Source: Thermodesulfovibrionales bacterium
GTDB taxonomy: Bacteria > Nitrospirota > Thermodesulfovibrionia > Thermodesulfovibrionales > SM23-35
Length of the DNA: 52,111 nucleotides
Reading direction: 5' to 3'
NCBI GenBank assembly: GCA_022865525.1
Contig: JALHSV010000264.1
Span: 1 to 52,111, forward strand
A program made the position numbers and the translations under genes. Numbering within the stretch: the stretch's first letter is position 1; every line of letters begins with the position of its first letter. A model generated the notes under the pieces. The model did not search any database. It had not been told where the DNA came from and saw only the letters and a program-made list of their open reading frames with translations. This document shows, piece after piece, positions 23,545 through 32,865 of this stretch.

Positions 23545-25368
23545 ATGGCCATACTCGTTCAACAATCCGAAGCAACGGCGGCGTATAGAAGAATGTACTT
23601 TCACTGCGTTGACGCTACCGACGGCATTACTGCCGAGGCGGGCGAAGTAGGCGGCCAGCCGCAGTGGTCTCTTAACGGCGTCGCCTGGGGCAATACTACC
23701 GGTGTTCTCGTGGCAATGGGCAATGGAAGATATTACGTCGAACTCGTAGCTGCAACTGAAGTCAATAATCTCGGTGTTATCGAGGGCAGGTATAAGAGCG
23801 CGAATACCGCCGAGTCGGTCGGAACGACCTTGCAGGTAGTGCCTTACGACCCCTACGACGGCGTTAGAATGGGTTTGACCGCACTACCCAATGCTATACC
23901 TCAGGCTGCTGGCGGAATCGTAACAAGTACATTAGGCGCCGAGTTTGATTCGAGAACATTGCCTTCGGCTGATTATGTAGTAGTCGGCGATACGATAGCC
24001 GCTGTTACTACCGTAACTACCGTAACGAATGGCCTTACGACAGGTAACGTAAATGTGGCCGCAGGGGTCATCGAAAGTAACGTAATCCAGATTGACGGTA
24101 GTGCTACGAACGGCAATAACGCTACGTTAAACCTGCTTTCACTCAATATTCAAAATAACCTCGGTGACGCGGTGGTAATAGCTGCTACCGGCGCTAACGG
24201 AGACGGCGTTTCGGTACTTGGAAACGGGACTGGTCATGGAATCAAGTCAACTGGCGGTGCTACCAGCGGTAACGGAATATCGCTTGCGGGCGGCGCTCCT
24301 AACGGGCAGGGTTTGTATTCCCAGGGAGTCGGAACTGGTTCCGGCATTCGTGCCGACGGCGGTACGGACGGTTTTTATGGTGCCGGCGCAAGTAACGGTC
24401 ATGGTATGCTGCTTGCCGGTAACGGTACGGGCGATGGCCTTTCTATCACCGGCGGGGCCACCGGTCATGGAATACACTCATCGGGCGGCGCGACGAGCGG
24501 GAATGGAATTACCGCCGAGGCCGCAACCGAAGGCGATGGCATTTACGCCTTAGCTAAAGGAACGGACGAACATGGTATCTACGCGGTAGGCGGAAATACG
24601 ACAGGAGATGGAATTAAAGCTGTAGCTGCAACCGAAGGTATGGGTATCCACGCCTCGGCGATAGGTACGGCCAAGCATGGAATCTATTCGATAGGTGGAA
24701 GTGTTTCCGGAGACGGCATTTACGCTACCGCTGGAACTGATGGCGATGGCATATCCGCTACGGCGACAGGAAATAATAGTGGTATGCTCTTGACTGGGGC
24801 GGGAACCGGAGACGGTCTTTCGGCCGTAGCAGGGGCTACCGGTCATGGAATCGAATGCAGTGCTACTTCCGGGGACGGTATAAAATCGACCGGAGCGACT
24901 AACGGTCACGGAATGGAACTTATAGGAGCAGGAACGGGCGAGGGTATTTTGCTTAACGGTGCCAATACCGGTAAGGGCGGTGCTGTGAACGTGGCCGTTT
25001 ATACTACCGTGGCTGCCGTTACGACTCCGGACACCGTATTTACATTGACGGCCGGTGTTGCTACTAACGATGCCTACGTCAATATGATTTGTGCGATATA
25101 TGACGTTTCCGGCGGATTTTGGGAAGCGAGAAAGATTGACGCTTACGTAGGTGCTACCAGAACGGTTACTGTAGATACCGACTACTCGTTTACTATACAG
25201 GCGGGCGTCGATTTAGTGAGATTATTTTATAGTGCTTATGCCCCTACTGTTGCGGCCGGCGGTGGTGCTACGGCGGCCCAGGTATGGGAATATGACGTTG
25301 ATGCAATAATAACGGCGGGACAGGCCGGAGACTACCAGAAAATGTTCGGGGGCGGACGATATGGCTAA
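23545..25368 (+). CDS. glycine-rich repeat fibre/decoration protein
   Basis: 607 aa from ATG 23545 (SD AGGAGA; the track uses TTG 23536). About two dozen ~11-residue G..G.G[IML] repeats in the central part. Confidence 0.7.
   Translation: MAILVQQSEATAAYRRMYFHCVDATDGITAEAGEVGGQPQWSLNGVAWGNTTGVLVAMGNGRYYVELVAATEVNNLGVIEGRYKSANTAESVGTTLQVVPYDPYDGVRMGLTALPNAIPQAAGGIVTSTLGAEFDSRTLPSADYVVVGDTIAAVTTVTTVTNGLTTGNVNVAAGVIESNVIQIDGSATNGNNATLNLLSLNIQNNLGDAVVIAATGANGDGVSVLGNGTGHGIKSTGGATSGNGISLAGGAPNGQGLYSQGVGTGSGIRADGGTDGFYGAGASNGHGMLLAGNGTGDGLSITGGATGHGIHSSGGATSGNGITAEAATEGDGIYALAKGTDEHGIYAVGGNTTGDGIKAVAATEGMGIHASAIGTAKHGIYSIGGSVSGDGIYATAGTDGDGISATATGNNSGMLLTGAGTGDGLSAVAGATGHGIECSATSGDGIKSTGATNGHGMELIGAGTGEGILLNGANTGKGGAVNVAVYTTVAAVTTPDTVFTLTAGVATNDAYVNMICAIYDVSGGFWEARKIDAYVGATRTVTVDTDYSFTIQAGVDLVRLFYSAYAPTVAAGGGATAAQVWEYDVDAIITAGQAGDYQKMFGGGRYG
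24157..24981 (+). repeat. in-frame degenerate tandem repeat (~33 nt unit) encoding GxxxGxG[IML]xx units
   Basis: Example units are GNGTGHGIKST, GGATSGNGISL, GNGTGDGLSIT, GGATGHGIHSS and GGATSGNGITAE. DNA segments such as ggtcatggaat recur. Confidence 0.8.
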
Positions 25369-25654
25369 ATATACAGTTGAGAAGACTATGAAGAAAAAAT
25401 GGGTAATGTGGTGCGACAGGTGCGGTCACGGTTTTAAGGTGGACGCCGACAATCCCGAAGAGATTACTACTACGAACGAAGTTAAGCCTACGCTTCTGCA
25501 AAGGCTCAAACTTAAAAAAATGGAAACTAAAACTTCAAAAGAGATTATTAAGCCGGAACCTTTGTCATGCCCGGTATGTGGTAAGACGGACGAAGTTACT
25601 GTTATAAAGTTACAGGAGTGTGTCGTTGAATCAATTACACGTAATAGCGATTAG
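25361..25654 (+). CDS. zinc-ribbon protein (97 aa)
   Basis: WCDRCGH...CPVCGK. Confidence 0.55.
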   Translation: MAKYTVEKTMKKKWVMWCDRCGHGFKVDADNPEEITTTNEVKPTLLQRLKLKKMETKTSKEIIKPEPLSCPVCGKTDEVTVIKLQECVVESITRNSD

Positions 25655-25835
25655 TTTTGTTTCCGGATGTTTAGTGACTGCCGTATTCATCCGTTACGGC
25701 ATGTCATTAGGAACTAATATAGTCCGCAGGACACAGGAAGGTCTTCCGGCGTTCGGTAAGGACGAGCCGGTAATGACACAGATAAATACTATCGGCATGA
25801 CGGACGAAGAAGAAGATTACGAGGACCAATTATGA
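25620..25835 (+). CDS. small membrane protein
   Basis: TM segment VIAISFVSGCLVTAVFI and an acidic tail. Start is GTG 25620 or TTG 25626. Confidence 0.5.
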   Translation: MSLNQLHVIAISFVSGCLVTAVFIRYGMSLGTNIVRRTQEGLPAFGKDEPVMTQINTIGMTDEEEDYEDQL

Positions 25836-26098
25836 GAGACAGATACGACGGTTACTTAGAGGCAAGTGCGGACTGGAATCCCGGTGATTTAGCTACGGCT
25901 GATATTACAAGCACTACGGTTACGGTCGGAGGTGCGCAGGTCGGCGACCTTGCAGTAGCAAGTCTTTCTACGGATATTGTAGATTTAATATTAGATGCTC
26001 AGGTTACGGCAGCTAATACCGTTACCTGCATACTACACAACCAGACCGGCGGAAATATAAATATTGGCGCATCCGTTATTAAAGTAAAAGTATTTTAG
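25832..26098 (+). CDS. hypothetical virion-module protein (88 aa)
   Basis: ATGA coupling. Confidence 0.55.
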   Translation: MRDRYDGYLEASADWNPGDLATADITSTTVTVGGAQVGDLAVASLSTDIVDLILDAQVTAANTVTCILHNQTGGNINIGASVIKVKVF

Positions 26099-26109
26099 GA
26101 GAATAAACA

Positions 26110-26613
26110 ATGTTAAACACATATCAGGGCAGTTACGAGCTGTTAGCGGATTATTCTGCTGATGTATCTATATTTGATGGCTCGTCAGATGGCTATACTT
26201 ATAGATGGGACGATTTCAGTAGAAAAGCGTTTCTATCAGAAATTACTCTCGGTACAACCGAAGTAGGTACAGAATGTAACGGTATCGAAATCATAGGCAT
26301 AATCACCGGAACGGCAGAAAACGAAGATGGTGCTATGAAATTGTATGGACGAACTGAGGGTGGCCCCGCAGAGTTGCTTTATGATATATCTATGACGGCA
26401 GGAACAGCACGCGCGAGTGCTGATAATACTACTTCTCTGTATATAGATACTTTTGTTGTCGCTGATACTGCGCATTTCAAGGCCGCTACCGTTAAATCTC
26501 CTGCTGATAATATAGCAAAATTACAGTTCGACTTCGCAGGTTATAAGTACCTGACGGCCGAGTTATACGACGTTTCAGACGGCAAATTTAAGATATATCA
26601 CAGAGTTTACTAA
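26110..26613 (+). CDS. hypothetical virion-module protein (167 aa)
   Basis: SD TAGGAGAA. Stop overlaps the portal start. Confidence 0.6.
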   Translation: MLNTYQGSYELLADYSADVSIFDGSSDGYTYRWDDFSRKAFLSEITLGTTEVGTECNGIEIIGIITGTAENEDGAMKLYGRTEGGPAELLYDISMTAGTARASADNTTSLYIDTFVVADTAHFKAATVKSPADNIAKLQFDFAGYKYLTAELYDVSDGKFKIYHRVY

Positions 26614-28787
26614 TGGAAATATCCCAAAAAGACCTTGAGCTTCTTAAGGACTTAAAGACTAAAGAAGAGAACGGTATGAAGATTACCGAATCATATACCT
26701 CTATGTTTCAGGAGTCTTTGCGTTACTTCTTCAGCGACCAGCTTCACGGCAAGGCTCTTCACAAGGACTGGGACTGGATAATAGTCAATTATATCTGGCC
26801 GTCCGCCATGCAGGAGATAGCCAAATTAGCCAAGAACTATCCGAAGATTCTTGCCCATCCGCAGAGCGACGACGACTCGGACGCCGCCGAAGTATGGCAG
26901 AGTGCCTTACAGTGGATTTGGGAGAAAGGTCTTCATCACGAAGGTATGCGCATGCAGCAGATACGCGCGTGCCTGTGTGGTAAACTGTTCGGGTACAGGG
27001 TCTCTAAAGTGTTCTGGGAAGACCAGCCGGACGGTGCGTGGGACGAGGAAAAACAGGAATGGGTAGGTGATGTAAAACACAGGATATGGCATCCTTCCGA
27101 GTTCTGGGCTTCCGATAAAGAGTACATTCAGGACGGTGACTGCGGTACGGTCAGGTACGTCGATTTGGACTGGGCGGTACAGAGATGGCCGAAGTTCGAG
27201 AAACAACTCAAAGAGCAGGCGGTAAGTTATAAGAGCGCCGCTAAGGGCGGATATACGATAAGGGGCCAGACGGGTAGTACGGCAACGTATCCGCTGGACG
27301 GAACGGGCGATAGTGACCCCGGAATCCAGACTAATCGACCGACCCAGCTACTTACGTTAATACAGGGCGCTGATAAGATGTCCGGTCAGCAGTATCCCGG
27401 CGATGAGGAACGAAAGTTCATTAAACTCTCTGAAACCTATTTTAAGGACAATGAGACTAACCACGAAAAACAGGAAGAGGACGTACCTCCGCAGGAACTG
27501 CTCCAGCAGGGCGTAATCCTTCCCGACAGTATGGGCGGTTTCCTTGACCAGGGCGGCCAGTCGATGCCGTCGGACAAGTGGCCGCGAAGGACTGTAAGGG
27601 AGTGGGACAGGCCGTTATATCCTAACGGAAGATTCGTTATAAGATGTGAAGACATAATACTTAATCCGGACAATCAGGTATATCCGTATAAGAGATGGCC
27701 TTTTGTCGTAACGCCTCATTACATGCTCCCGTTCATGTGGCAGGGCGTTGACTCCGTTCAGATGTATAAGACTTCGCAGGACATGATTAATGTAACCGTA
27801 TCCCATTTAGTCAATGCGATGAAGATGTTCGGCGACCCCCGAATAGCGATAGAACGCGGTGCGATAGACGTTCAGGCTGGAAGGAAAAAGAAATACTTCA
27901 AGATATTCTCCGGTGCCGGTTCTATTATAAGGCTTGCCAAGGGTGCTATCAGTGGGAAGAAATTCCAGATTATACCGCCTCAGAACTTAGGTTCGGCACT
28001 GCCCCTGTACCAGTTATTCGCACAGGAGTACAAGAATATTTCCGGTATGCAGGACGTTGCCCAGGGCCAGAAGAGTCCGGGTGAAATGTCCGCTACCCAG
28101 GCAAACTACCTTGCAATTTCATCCAACGACCGAATCTACTTACAGAGTATCTTCGAGGACCACTGGGTACTCGGAATAGCGCAGTTGGCCGCAGAGATAA
28201 CTCAGAAGAACTATGCGATAGACAGGTTCATCAGGATAGTAGGCGAAGATAAGGTAATCGGCGCACAGCAGATAACCCAGAAATTAAAGACCTTGAAGTA
28301 CGACGTGGATATAGAGCCGGGCCAGACTTTGCCGTTCGACCCTGTCCAGAAGGAAACACGCTACGAGAAGGCTTATGCAATGCTGGCCTCTCCGCAGGTC
28401 AATCCGATGCTGCCTGATATGCTGAGGGTTTATGAGATAACTAACTGGCGGAAGATACTAAAGACTCACGAGTCATGGCAGTTATTCATGCAGTTCAACC
28501 AACTGTATCAGGCCGTCCTTGAAAAGCAGGTAACGCCTGAACAGGCACTGGAGATAATTGTGAATAAGGCCAAAGAGCGTTTCGCCCAGCAGCAACAGTC
28601 TTTGGGCGGAATATCCGCAAGGAATATGGAGAAGGGCGATTTCGATAAGAAACAACTGAATATCGACCGTCAGCAGGGCGACCTCGATATACAGAAAACT
28701 ATATTCAAGATAGAAGTAAATGCCGAGAAGGAACGTGAACAAAGAGCAAAACAAGATAGTGCCAAAGCCAATAAGACAAAGAGCTGA
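26613..28787 (+). CDS. portal protein
   Basis: 724 aa ORF directly upstream of scaffold-like and capsid-like ORFs, with a charged C-terminal tail. Assigned by size and position. Confidence 0.7.
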   Translation: MEISQKDLELLKDLKTKEENGMKITESYTSMFQESLRYFFSDQLHGKALHKDWDWIIVNYIWPSAMQEIAKLAKNYPKILAHPQSDDDSDAAEVWQSALQWIWEKGLHHEGMRMQQIRACLCGKLFGYRVSKVFWEDQPDGAWDEEKQEWVGDVKHRIWHPSEFWASDKEYIQDGDCGTVRYVDLDWAVQRWPKFEKQLKEQAVSYKSAAKGGYTIRGQTGSTATYPLDGTGDSDPGIQTNRPTQLLTLIQGADKMSGQQYPGDEERKFIKLSETYFKDNETNHEKQEEDVPPQELLQQGVILPDSMGGFLDQGGQSMPSDKWPRRTVREWDRPLYPNGRFVIRCEDIILNPDNQVYPYKRWPFVVTPHYMLPFMWQGVDSVQMYKTSQDMINVTVSHLVNAMKMFGDPRIAIERGAIDVQAGRKKKYFKIFSGAGSIIRLAKGAISGKKFQIIPPQNLGSALPLYQLFAQEYKNISGMQDVAQGQKSPGEMSATQANYLAISSNDRIYLQSIFEDHWVLGIAQLAAEITQKNYAIDRFIRIVGEDKVIGAQQITQKLKTLKYDVDIEPGQTLPFDPVQKETRYEKAYAMLASPQVNPMLPDMLRVYEITNWRKILKTHESWQLFMQFNQLYQAVLEKQVTPEQALEIIVNKAKERFAQQQQSLGGISARNMEKGDFDKKQLNIDRQQGDLDIQKTIFKIEVNAEKEREQRAKQDSAKANKTKS

Positions 28788-28864
28788 CAGGAAACAGGCA
28801 TTATATGAAACCTTGTTCGGTAAAAACAGATAAATGCTGAAAAATGAATCGAAGGAGTTAAACA

Positions 28865-29581
28865 ATGGAAACAGTAGTCAAAGAAGTGAAAACAGAAACC
28901 AAACCAGAAGAGGTTCAAGAGAAGTGGGACAAGGAGCGCCAGCGCGCCGACCAGGCCGAGAGCGTGGCCGCAAAAGCACGCACAGAGGCCCAGCAGTACG
29001 CGTCTATGCTGGAAGAATCGAAGACCCAGCTTGCCGCGGCTCAATCGAAGCTTGAGACTTCCCAGAAGGAAACTCAGACTAAGAAAGATGAACTGCTTCA
29101 GATGGACACTGCTCTGGTTGACCAGAACGTAATCACAAACCTTGAAAAGCTCGAAGCAAGGGACAGGGCCAACGCCCAGAAACTCGATGAAATGTCCAGA
29201 AAGCTATCGACTTACGAAGCCGACCGAACGGAGCGTATCCGCCAGGAGAATATAAACAAGGCCCGTGAATCGGTACTGTCTCAATGCGATGAAGAGTTTA
29301 GTCCCAAGTACCGCACCGAAGCTCTTAAGATAGCCGACGAACTCGTTGATACCGGCAAGGAAAAGAGGCCGAACGACAAGTTCGAAGGTTATATCTTGAT
29401 GAAGAAATGCTACCGTCAGGTCTCTGAAAAAGAAACTTCTAAAGAAAAGGCTACCGTCAACATTGATACTGGTAAGGGCGGAGCGCCTGTAGTTAAAAAA
29501 GAAGCCAGAAAATCCGGCTCTATGAAAGAGGTGCTCGCCGATATGAAAATAAACCAGTCATGGCGGAACGAACCGTTATGA
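28865..29581 (+). CDS. scaffolding protein
   Basis: 238 aa, highly charged, coiled-coil composition. Located between the portal and capsid genes. Confidence 0.65.
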   Translation: METVVKEVKTETKPEEVQEKWDKERQRADQAESVAAKARTEAQQYASMLEESKTQLAAAQSKLETSQKETQTKKDELLQMDTALVDQNVITNLEKLEARDRANAQKLDEMSRKLSTYEADRTERIRQENINKARESVLSQCDEEFSPKYRTEALKIADELVDTGKEKRPNDKFEGYILMKKCYRQVSEKETSKEKATVNIDTGKGGAPVVKKEARKSGSMKEVLADMKINQSWRNEPL

Positions 29582-29607
29582 CTATAACATCAAAATAGGA
29601 GTAAGAC

Positions 29608-30645
29608 ATGAGTACATCTGATGTCACTAAAGCGACGAGGGAACTGTTCGACAGGACTCTCGTTGACCAGGTTCACATGCGAACGCCTGTCGTTGAAGCA
29701 CTTATGCGCAACGGTCAGGTCACCAAGAGTTTCAAAGGTGGTAAATATATTGAAAAACTAATTGATACGGACACAATCGAATCACTGGTACAGGAGTACA
29801 CCAACAACAGCGCCTTAACGGACGCCAAGAAGACTACTCTTGAAAAACCGAGGTTTACGTGGAAGTATGCACAACTGCCCCTTAGATACGACCTCGACGA
29901 ATACATTCAGAACGCCGACGCCGGTACCGAAGAGCAGTTACTCGACCTTCCTTCACATCTTGTGAGTAAGGCCCATAAAGACCTGAGATTATGGCAATGC
30001 GCCAAAATCTTTAATTCAGGCTCGACTACGGGCGTAGCTGACGGGGCGACGGCATTTCAGTCGCTGGTATCGGCATTAGACGTTGACGTTACCTACGGCA
30101 CGATTACAAGAACTGCCTCAAGTAACACAGCGGACTACTGGCAGGGTGCAGACCCCGCCGGTTTGTGGAGTGGAATTACAGCCGGTACACAGGCTACAGC
30201 GACCAACTTCACTGTCTCTAACGTGAGAAAGTGGGTCCACGAGTCCGACATCGCCCATCACATGGACGGTGAGGACGACCTGATGGTGTTGTGTTGCCCG
30301 ACGCTGTTCAATAAGATGCGTGCCGAGATGGAGTCTAAGCTCATCTATAAGGCGGGACTCAAGCAGTCTCAGGGCATTAACTCGATGCTGCTTGATGGTG
30401 GAATCGAGTTCGTGAGCGTTCCTTATCTCCAGACGACTTCGACAATGAAGACATGGGTCTTCATTATCAATCTCAGGCACTGGGAATGGCGTATGTCGAG
30501 TAAGAGAAACTTCTCTCAGACCGGCTTTGTGTGGCAGGGCGACCGTTCCAACGGTTATGATATGTGGCTTGCCAGAATAATGATGTGCGGGAACTTCTTC
30601 TGCTGGAAACCAAATAGTTCGATGTGGCTAAGTAACGTATCTTAA
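29608..30645 (+). CDS. major capsid protein
   Basis: 345 aa ORF after the scaffold gene. SD TAGGAGTAAG. The portal-scaffold-capsid order is typical. Confidence 0.7.
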   Translation: MSTSDVTKATRELFDRTLVDQVHMRTPVVEALMRNGQVTKSFKGGKYIEKLIDTDTIESLVQEYTNNSALTDAKKTTLEKPRFTWKYAQLPLRYDLDEYIQNADAGTEEQLLDLPSHLVSKAHKDLRLWQCAKIFNSGSTTGVADGATAFQSLVSALDVDVTYGTITRTASSNTADYWQGADPAGLWSGITAGTQATATNFTVSNVRKWVHESDIAHHMDGEDDLMVLCCPTLFNKMRAEMESKLIYKAGLKQSQGINSMLLDGGIEFVSVPYLQTTSTMKTWVFIINLRHWEWRMSSKRNFSQTGFVWQGDRSNGYDMWLARIMMCGNFFCWKPNSSMWLSNVS

Positions 30646-30683
30646 AAGACTTATGAAAAACAATTTAATTAAGGAGTAAAAAA

Positions 30684-31400
30684 ATGACTTTAATAAACTT
30701 GGGATATATAACCCTTAACGATGGTTTTCCGGGTGGTATCAATCCTAATCGTAGTGTTCCTACTGATGGTTGGGACAATACCGTTGATAATATCACTACA
30801 ACTTCTGCGGACCAGGAACCTCCAGTACCTGTTGGTACGAAGGTAATGGCGTACTCGGATAACCCGCACGCACCCGGATACTACACGATGCAGTATCTGA
30901 TGTTCCACGACTATTCATCTGCCCCGATTAACGCGACAGACTATAGCATAAATGGTGCATGGTGCGCACATTGTGATATTTCCGATGCGGAAAAGTACAC
31001 TACTGATTTCTCAGCAGTTCCCTGGTATGTTGTATCGAAGTGTTATACGGCGGTATCTTCGGATATTACACAGGGTTTTCCTGTTGCGTTGCCTTGCGCT
31101 ACTCTCGATGGCGATGGTTCTGTTGTTTTTGTAACCGGTTACGGCGATACCTACGGTTGGTTCTGGGTTGGTGGTGTTTGTCCATTAGATGATGTGAGTC
31201 ATTTCAGAGGCCAGTCAGATACCTCTCAGGGCTTTGATTTCTCTGTAGATACTTTGATGAGAAACGGCCCGATAATGGCGTGTATGTCAGCGGCATGGAT
31301 GAAGATTGCAAGTGCGGATATGTCCGATGTTGCTGATGCGACAGGAAATATCGGCCTGCCGCCCTATGCTTTCGGTCATGCTTGCACAAGTGCAGCTTAA
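30684..31400 (+). CDS. hypothetical head-associated protein (238 aa)
   Basis: Strong SD AAGGAG. Follows the capsid gene. Confidence 0.6.
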   Translation: MTLINLGYITLNDGFPGGINPNRSVPTDGWDNTVDNITTTSADQEPPVPVGTKVMAYSDNPHAPGYYTMQYLMFHDYSSAPINATDYSINGAWCAHCDISDAEKYTTDFSAVPWYVVSKCYTAVSSDITQGFPVALPCATLDGDGSVVFVTGYGDTYGWFWVGGVCPLDDVSHFRGQSDTSQGFDFSVDTLMRNGPIMACMSAAWMKIASADMSDVADATGNIGLPPYAFGHACTSAA

Positions 31401-31415
31401 TGAAAGGAGCTTAAT

Positions 31416-31706
31416 ATGGCTGGAATAGACTTAGCATCACAGTATGCAGGAACTATACCCGGTGCAGGCCGGACAGAACTTGGCTATTTCGATGTAAGCT
31501 CCGGCTCGTGGACTGTCGAAGTACCAACAAGATTGGTCACCTGTTTTTTCGGACTCGGCATAGCCGATTACGATACCGGTGGCGATAACAATACGCTTAT
31601 ATTTCCGACCGACTGCATAATAACGTCGGGTGCGGTTACGTTTAGGCGTACAGGCCCGTATAACCTCGAAGACGAGCGTTTTCGATATATGTTATGCGGA
31701 TTTTAA
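31416..31706 (+). CDS. hypothetical head-associated protein (96 aa)
   Basis: SD AAAGGAG. Confidence 0.6.
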   Translation: MAGIDLASQYAGTIPGAGRTELGYFDVSSGSWTVEVPTRLVTCFFGLGIADYDTGGDNNTLIFPTDCIITSGAVTFRRTGPYNLEDERFRYMLCGF

Positions 31707-31717
31707 TTTAGTCCTTC

Positions 31718-31754
31718 TCAGGTTGGGTGTGGGGTCACGTGGCCTCACACCTGA
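31718..31754 (+). terminator. imperfect stem-loop after the capsid block
   Basis: TCA..GGTGTG..GG / CC..CACACC..TGA hairpin. There is no T-run, so it may be an attenuator or processing site rather than a terminator. Confidence 0.3.
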
Positions 31755-31768
31755 CTTTAAGGTGAATT

Positions 31769-32464
31769 ATGACAGGCGCAGAACTAACAGATGAAGTTAG
31801 AGAGATAGTAGGCCGGCCGGGTGCTGCGGCTTCGGGTGTTATTACCGATGCCCGCGTGACCAGATGGCTTAATGATGCACAGGCGGCAATAGTAGAGGGG
31901 TGCGTAGGTCTTCATGGAATGTCCTTTAAGAATACGGACTCTCTGGATACTACCGCCGTACTCAAGTATGCGTTAGCCGATATAACCGTAGGCGATGTTT
32001 CCGTCTCGGACGCCGTATGCAGGATATACGACGTATGGTACCTGAACGGTCTTGAGACGAAAAAGCTGAACTTCCTGACTACCGACGAATTTGACGAGTT
32101 GTATCCCGACCCTACCCACAGTGATATTCCATTAACTATACCGTCTGTGTGGACGAGAAGGGGCGCTTATATAGAGATAATGCCGATAGGCGTTACCGCT
32201 TACTATGATAAGGACTTGCGATTCGACGGAGACAGGTACGCGCGTGATTTGACGACTAACGACGCTACCGTTTCGGATATTACCGGGGCCGACGAAGGTC
32301 TGATTGCTTACGGTGCATGGAAGGCGTGGGGTGCTATCGGAGGCCCGAAAGCTACCCTGGAAGAGTTGAAATGGAAGAGAAACTGGGAAGACTGGTTAGA
32401 TGACTTCCGTTCACAGAATGACGACTTGGATGAATGGGATGGTAAAATGTTCGGAGATATTTAG
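31769..32464 (+). CDS. head-tail adaptor / tail-tubular-A-like protein
   Basis: 231 aa. N-terminal LTDEVREIVGR......ITDARVTRWLNDAQAAI resembles head-tail connector families. Position is equivalent to T7 gp11. Confidence 0.4.
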   Translation: MTGAELTDEVREIVGRPGAAASGVITDARVTRWLNDAQAAIVEGCVGLHGMSFKNTDSLDTTAVLKYALADITVGDVSVSDAVCRIYDVWYLNGLETKKLNFLTTDEFDELYPDPTHSDIPLTIPSVWTRRGAYIEIMPIGVTAYYDKDLRFDGDRYARDLTTNDATVSDITGADEGLIAYGAWKAWGAIGGPKATLEELKWKRNWEDWLDDFRSQNDDLDEWDGKMFGDI

Positions 32465-32478
32465 AGAAGGGAAAAACA

Positions 32479-32865
32479 ATGGTCAGTGAGAAGGTCGGGT
32501 CTTTTATAAGTAAAGATGGGTGTAAATATAGTATAGATTGTCCCTTGTTGCCTCGTAATGGCGTTCCATACTGTTGCCGTCATTGTCATAAAAGCCGTAA
32601 GGATTACGTGACAGACTCCAACAGGCATTTATGGACTGATAAGGGCGGCTTTCATTCTCCGGATAACGGGTGCAGACTTCCTCGCGAAGATATGCCCAAA
32701 GAGTGTCTGGACTATGACTGCCGCAATTATTGGTTCTTTCTGGTATCGGCGTATTTTGATGGCAAGTGGATGTCTAATAGCGGCGCTCCGTTAAAAAGTG
32801 AAAATGAAGTTATAACAGTAGTAAAGTCTGTTAATGCAACTTTGTGGATGAATAGAAATGGTTAA
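32479..32865 (+). CDS. Cys/His-rich protein (128 aa), first ORF of the sugar island
   Basis: CKYSIDCP...CCRHCH...C...C..DC. No family recognised. Confidence 0.55.
   Translation: MVSEKVGSFISKDGCKYSIDCPLLPRNGVPYCCRHCHKSRKDYVTDSNRHLWTDKGGFHSPDNGCRLPREDMPKECLDYDCRNYWFFLVSAYFDGKWMSNSGAPLKSENEVITVVKSVNATLWMNRNG

Noticed and set aside
24218-24909. Alternative-frame ORFs inside the Gly-rich repeat (24218-24553 plus, 24247-24477 and 24550-24909 minus)
   Set aside because: These are by-products of the GC-rich GGN-type repeat. The main frame is continuous for 607 aa and is coupled to its neighbours.
24157-24981. Diversity-generating retroelement or CRISPR array as an explanation for the repeats
   Set aside because: There is no reverse transcriptase, no template/variable repeat pair with adenine-specific differences, and no regularly spaced identical repeats with unique spacers anywhere in the window.
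28834-29055. 73-aa ORF overlapping the scaffold gene start
   Set aside because: It is out of frame with the 238-aa scaffold-like ORF, which has a proper SD (AAGGAGTTAAACA). Its Arg/Gly-rich composition is typical of an alternative frame of Glu/Lys-rich coding sequence.
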